Assembly (NCBI GenBank): GCA_009914755.4
Contig: CP068257.2
Coordinates: 28,320,001-28,384,000 of the forward strand
Origin: the human T2T-CHM13v2.0 reference genome, Homo sapiens
DNA: 64,000 nt
Reading direction: 5' to 3'
Part shown: positions 58,700-64,000 of the stretch, piece by piece
How the letters are laid out: every line of letters starts with the position of its first letter
Position numbering within the stretch: the stretch's first letter is position 1
The notes under the pieces: model-generated
Told to the model about the DNA's origin: nothing
Seen by the model: the letters and a program-made list of their open reading frames with translations, nothing else
Database searches by the model: none
Made by a program: the position numbers and the translations under genes

Positions 58700-60555
58700 T
58701 GTACATATTATCACAGGAAGACTAAAAGACAAATGTACTTAGAAAAGAAAAAATATCAATTCAAATTTAGAAGGACCTGGGTTCACATTAAAAATTAGAA
58801 TGGAAAGGAAAGCAAAAACATAAGATTACCACGATTACTGACTTTACACCTCATTCAGGGGTTTCATATCCTTAAAAGAATTCACTTAAAAAATTGAACC
58901 AAAACCATCTGAAACTCCTCTCAGATCAAAAGCCCAGAAAATCAGACTTCAGTCCCTCAGTGGCAGCATTAAGAACTTAATCCAGTGAAAACTGTGGCAG
59001 ATTAGTGAAATTAATGTAATTAAAATTGTAGTCAAGCACCATTTCTACTCATACCTGAGAGAAATCTAAATGAGAATTCCCTGACCTTTCCCAATATACC
59101 AAGAGAAAGGCTTGAATTTTTTGGGAAGACAATACAAACGGGTAAAAATCTGGAATACAAGAAAACTTGGAAAAGTGGACAGGCTGAAAAATATCACCCA
59201 TAATCAAGAGTTAAGAGAGTTAATAGAAGGAAATACACATATAACTTGTGTATTAAGACCATCAGACAAATAATTTAAAATATTCATCACAAACATGCTA
59301 AGTTATTAATGGGAAAACATGCATATAACAAGAGAAGAGATGAATCTTTAGAAAAAAATAAAGCTCTAAAATTAGCCAAGCAAAAATTTGGAAATTTAAA
59401 AATATAGTAAATGAAATAAAAATATTCATTAAACATCTTAACAGAAACTTGAACATTGTTAAACAAAGGGTTGTACATTTGAAGGTGGATCAACAGAAAT
59501 GCTATGAACAAAAGCACAGAGAAACAACAACGGAAAACTAAAAAAATGATCAGTGTATCAGTGACCTGTGGTACCATATCAAATGAGTAAACATATGTAT
59601 AATTGGAGTCATAGAAAAAGAGATGAAAGGGCAGGAAAATATAAAGAAATTACAGTCAACATTTTTCTAAACTTGGTGAAAAATAATCAACCCATATGTG
59701 TAAGAAAGACATCAACCAGCAATCTGGATAACTACAAAGAAAAGTATAATGGGCAATATTGTAGTCCGACCTCTGAAGTTAAACAAAAAGAGGCTATCTA
59801 TCATAAAAACAGCCTGAAAGGAGGAAAAAAGAAAATAAAAGTAAAGCAATTACAAGAGATATCATGAACATCTCACCAGAAATTATGGAAACTGAAAGAT
59901 GATGGAATACAATATTTGTCAATAAAAAGAAAGAAAAAAGATTTTATCACAGAATTTCATCCTGTGTCCAGAGAAAGAGCTTCTCAAAATAACAGCATAC
60001 CTGCATTACAGAAAGCACTAAATGAAGTTCTTCAAGGTAAGTGAGAAGTATACCTCAACTCTAATCTATAGGGAAAAATTAAGTTCACTGGAAATGTTCA
60101 TTATGTGGGTAAGCAACTACTCCTTTTCTTAATTTATTTGAAAGACAGCTGACACTTAACATAACATAGTGTGGAGTCACTACATAGTAAAATATGTTAA
60201 AATTGAGTAATGGGAGAAAGAAATTACACTGTTGAAGTCCGAAGTGTTGAATTACACTGTGGAGTGGTACTATAATAATTTAAGGTCAAATAGGAGAAGG
60301 TAATGATGTGTATTTAAATCCCTAGAGCAATATTTTTAAAAATTGTAAATAAAAGCCTAGGGAATGAGGAACCAATAGAGTAAATAGAAAACAAATAGCA
60401 ATCTGGCAAACTTAAACCAATGATATCAATAATTATGTTAGATGCAAAGGGCTGAGACACTCGAATTAAAAGGCGGGGACCATTGAACTGGATAAAAAAG
60501 CAAGGCCCAAGTTTGGGTTGTAGTCTGTGCTCTGGAATAAATAGTTCTGTGAGAT
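58700..60555 (+). mobile_element. Old L1 5' portion (+): 5'UTR/ORF1 through the first codons of ORF2, 3'-truncated; the 5' boundary is approximate
   Basis: ORF1-like frame ISDLWYHIK*VNICIIGVIEKEMKG...INPYV*ERHQPAIWITTKKS... parallels SLRDLWDNIKRSNIRVIGVPEGEE...NLQIQEAQRTPNRINPKKS. Then ...KMMEYNICQ*KERKKILSQNFILCPEKELLKIT... parallels FKVLKEKNCQPRILYPAKLSF.NEGEIKTF. Then ...DTRIKRRGPLNWIKKQGPSLGCSLCSGIN parallels the ORF2 N-terminus NINGLNSPIKRHRLAEWIKKQDPTICCLQETH. The track ORF 59568..59867 is part of it. Confidence 0.65.
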
Positions 60556-60560
60556 TTCTT

Positions 60561-60680
60561 GACTCTGTTTCTTTATCTGTCATAAGGAGAAAAGCAAACC
60601 TGTCTCACTGCAAATAGGAGTATGGTTGGTACATAGCAGGTGTTCAATGAACTTGTTGAATTAATGAATGTTGAATGAAC
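60561..60680 (+). mobile_element. MIR SINE 3' portion (+), directly abutting the truncated L1
   Basis: GACTCTGTTTCTTTATCTGTCATAAGGAG...GTATGGTTGGTACATAGCAGGTGTTCAATGAACTTGTTGAATTAATGAATGTTGAATGAAC matches the MIR consensus ...CCTCAGTTTCCTCATCTGTAAAATGGGG...AGTGCCTGGCACATAGTAAGCGCTCAATAAATGTTGGTTATTA. Confidence 0.55.
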
Positions 60681-63099
60681 ATAGGCATGCTGTTACTATT
60701 AAATATAAAATTAAATGCAAACATATATATATAACTCATTCAAAAATTAAGGTCAAATTATTGGTGAACTTTCTTTATTTTTTATTTTTTGCTTGCAATC
60801 AATGGACAACTTTTATTAACAAGAGATGTAGCCAGGGGGACTTTTAATACTGTCAGATAGAAAATAACCAAAAGAGAAAAGGGCTTTTCTGCAATGGCAG
60901 CAAGTTCTGATGCTAGACTTGGTGGAGAAGAGATTATTTTCCTAGCAAGAGCCAAGGAGGACAATAAACTCTCCTGCTGTGGCATTCATAGGCAAAGGCA
61001 TATGTGGAGTTGGCCTCAATTCAGGGAAAGCAGTACTTCTAACAGTGCACATATTTGTGATGCAGGAGGAAATCTCAGTGTCCCCAGCAGAAGAAAAGTT
61101 AGCACAATGGACTTGACCTACAACTTTTAGTATTTATCATTGCAGATAACTGTCCTTATGCAGACATCATCACTTGCTGCTTGGAGAGGCAAACTGCATA
61201 GCAAGAAGACAAAGAGCTAATCTGAAATACTGAAAAATTCTGAATGGGATCTTTGCAGAGTAAGATACTTTTTTAGGAAGAACATTGTGCCTATAATTAT
61301 TAGCTTAGGAAAATGTAAAAGAAATAGTTTTCAATTTTTCAATTACTGAATTATTGGCAGCTGATGACAATAATGTTGGCTAGCTTTCTGTTTGAAAACT
61401 TGGCCTCCACAGACTCTAAACTATGACGAATTATCTTTATAAACTGCTTTTATGAAATCTGGTTTCTGAAGTTGGATCAGTGAGCATAAAATGGATTTTT
61501 GGTATTTCACGTATTTTTACATTCTTTGTAGTCTTAGTGCTATTTATTTAAAAGATGACTTACGGAAGATGTTTAGGTATCATTTTGGAGGATTTTTCTG
61601 CTTATAAATTTTATATATGGAAAAGGTGATATTATGCTTCTAATTCATCTTCATGAAATGTAAAAAAAATTCCATAGGACTCCTAAGTTTAAAGATTTAA
61701 ATAGCATAAAATAATTTTTAAAATAAAGAGTTCTTAAAGTTTATATTATTTAACCTTGCTATACTAGTATAGCAAGTTTATAAAATGAGAATATGATTAA
61801 GCCTAGTCTTTATTTATCTATCTTGTATTATTATTTAAATTTTATATATTTATTAGCTCAAAAATAATGTTTTCTTTCTTTAAATTTTTTAAATAAAAAA
61901 TTATAAATATATTATTCTTAAGATTATTTACTAATTCATTTTTAAGTTGTGTAATAACTATCATTTTTCCCCATATTTAATGATTTGAATGTACTTTATT
62001 CAATGTAGTTTATTCAAACATCAGTGTTCACCATAATTATCAATTTTCTTTTACAATAATAAAAGATCATTATACTTTAATACTGGGAGACTCAATGCAA
62101 AAAAACAAATAACAGGAGTTTTCAAACTGTAGGTTATAACTAAAATGTTTATTAAATTTGCATGGAAATAGATATTACTAGTAAATCTAAATAAAATGAT
62201 GCTTTTTTTCTGATAAAGATTTGGTGATCAGGCATACTGTGATATATTATTATTCACGGAAAAAATCAGTTCAGACAGACCAGAAATGTCATTAAAATAC
62301 CTATCAAGCTCTTGAACTTTCCAAACATTGAGATTAAAATTGAAGCTGAAGAGGAAATTTTGGGTAAATCTGTGGTCAGAGTAAAACTTCTGGCATCTCC
62401 AGTGTAAAATATATTGGTAAAATAAAACACTAGGGAAGAATGTACTTTCACTGAGCTGTGGTCAGAAACTTTTGATTTAACCTAGTAACTAAAACATGTG
62501 TTCTGATATAAGAGTCTTGTAAAATTAGTACCTCTTGCCACTGCCAAACTAAGCAGGCATCTAGGCAAATAAGTATGCCAAGCTGTCCAGTGAAATGGCG
62601 GCTTCTTGTTCAACAGGTCTATTCATACGTCTAGTGTGAGGGACTGGAGTGATGTCCAGTGAAAGAGAAAGGGAATTCCTGTACAACAGGCTGTAACAGA
62701 AGGCTGGAGAGAGTATAGCTGAGGTAGGATGGTGATGGTGTATTGCTGATCCTGCTGGAAGGAAGCAAACTGTTCCATTGGTCTCTTACAAACAGAAAAA
62801 TCATTCATTAAATCAATACGTCCCTATCAGGTGCCAGAGGAAATGTTCATTCGCTCCATCAGCAAAACCAGATCTGGAAGAAAAATTGCATCGAAATCAC
62901 CACCTGATTGCATTTAGAATAACATATCATATTCTACAAGAATAATCCATCAGTCTTCTGCCTAAGCCAAACAGGCAGTTGAATAGGGATGGCATAGGAA
63001 TCATCACCTCTGAATCTTTCAAGTTCTTGATAGTGGCCTGAATCTTGAAAATTTCCCCGGTAATGCAGGATTGCTTTCAATTTACTATGCTTTACGTAG

Positions 63100-63270
<171 letters not shown>

Positions 63271-63813
63271 GAACACTTGGCCTTTCTAATCTTAATAGCT
63301 CTCACTCTATAAGTCAAGAAATCAGTGTGGCCATTCTACCAGTTGCTGAGTATGTCTATTTGAACTATGCATTCCAGAACTGGAATGTAACTATTGGTTG
63401 AGTTGGGGACCCATTTGGCACACTGAGAAATATAACTAAGCCAAAACTCCATTAATCAGCTCACTTCCATACATTCCCTTTCTGATTGGCAGATTACCAT
63501 GAGATTTTAGGTCTCTAAGAATTAGTGGTTCAGAGCCAATGGCCAATATCACCAAAACTCTAGTTATTTTGTCCCCCTCCCCACCCACCATGCACAGTCA
63601 CTCTGCTGAATGTGTGCAGGTAACACTGGGGAACACGAGAGGCAAGATCTGTAGCATAGGATTGATTTTGTTGATACCATAGGATCCTTCCTTAGGACAA
63701 CCCAGTTTCCTCTTTGTTTAAGGGACTCTGGAACTGTGAACTGACTCAAGACTTGGAATAAATCACAACTCTATTGTGGTGATTTGTATCAGTCCTCTTT
63801 CCCTCAGATCTAT

Positions 63814-64000
63814 AGTTTTTGTTTTGTTTCTGAGACAGAGTCTTTGTCACCCAGTCTAGAGTGCAGTGGTGCGATCTCAGCTCACTGCAACCTCTGTCTC
63901 CTGGGTTCAAGAGATTCTCATGCCTCAGCCTCCTGAGTGTCTGGGATTACAAGCATGTGCCACCATGCCCAGCTAATTTTTTCCAGTTTTAGTAGAGACA
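63814..64000 (-). mobile_element. Alu (minus orientation) that runs off the right edge of the window
   Basis: TTTTTGTTTTGTTTCTGAGACAGAGTCTTTGTCACCCAGTCTAGAGTGCAGTGGTGCGATCTCAGCTCACTGCAACCTCTGTCTCCTGGGTTCAAGAGATTCTCATGCCTCAGCCTCCTGAGTGTCTGGGATTACAAGCATGTGCCACCATGCCCAGCTAATTTTTTCCAGTTTTAGTAGAGACA. Confidence 0.9.

Overview
This window reads as primate, almost certainly human, nuclear genomic DNA, not a prokaryotic or otherwise compact coding locus. Read by eye, it is AT-rich, gene-poor and dominated by interspersed repeats.

What I can support from the sequence:
- Alu SINEs: at least 10 copies or fragments.
- MIR SINEs: at least 8 fragments.
- MaLR solo LTRs: at least 6, of two kinds (THE1-like, beginning TGATATGGTTTGGCTGTGTCCCCACCCAAATCTCAT; and MLT1/MST-like, beginning TGTCTTAGTC...GCTGCTATAACA).
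- Decayed L1 LINE fragments: several, including one near full-length old L1 (about 29.05-37.5 kb, + strand). It is split by a nested THE1 LTR plus an ERV-like LTR/leader block (30784-32207) and carries a nested Alu 3' fragment.
- One MADE1 (Hsmar1-derived) MITE.
- Microsatellites and homopolymer runs.
- A handful of small, high-identity tandem duplications.

I found no convincing protein-coding exon, tRNA, rRNA, CRISPR array, operon or prokaryotic regulatory architecture. Every ORF in the supplied six-frame track is under 160 aa, and nearly all sit inside Alu, L1, LTR or low-complexity sequence; I treat them as chance ORFs. The premise of an undescribed biological system is therefore not supported.

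The items most worth a second look:
- (a) the composite LTR block inside the L1, with U3-R-U5-like promoter and poly(A) signals and a 48-bp tandem repeat;
- (b) the MADE1 hairpin as a miR-548-type precursor candidate;
- (c) two unexplained pairs of low-copy homologous segments (1066-1256/3561-3755 and 23340-23550/24211-24445);
- (d) three recent-looking tandem duplications (28245-28516, 43857-43953, 45619-45900);
- (e) a roughly 600-bp GC-richer insert with a perfect 13-bp palindrome inside an MLT1 LTR.

All family names come from recognition by eye, and subfamily assignments are approximate.
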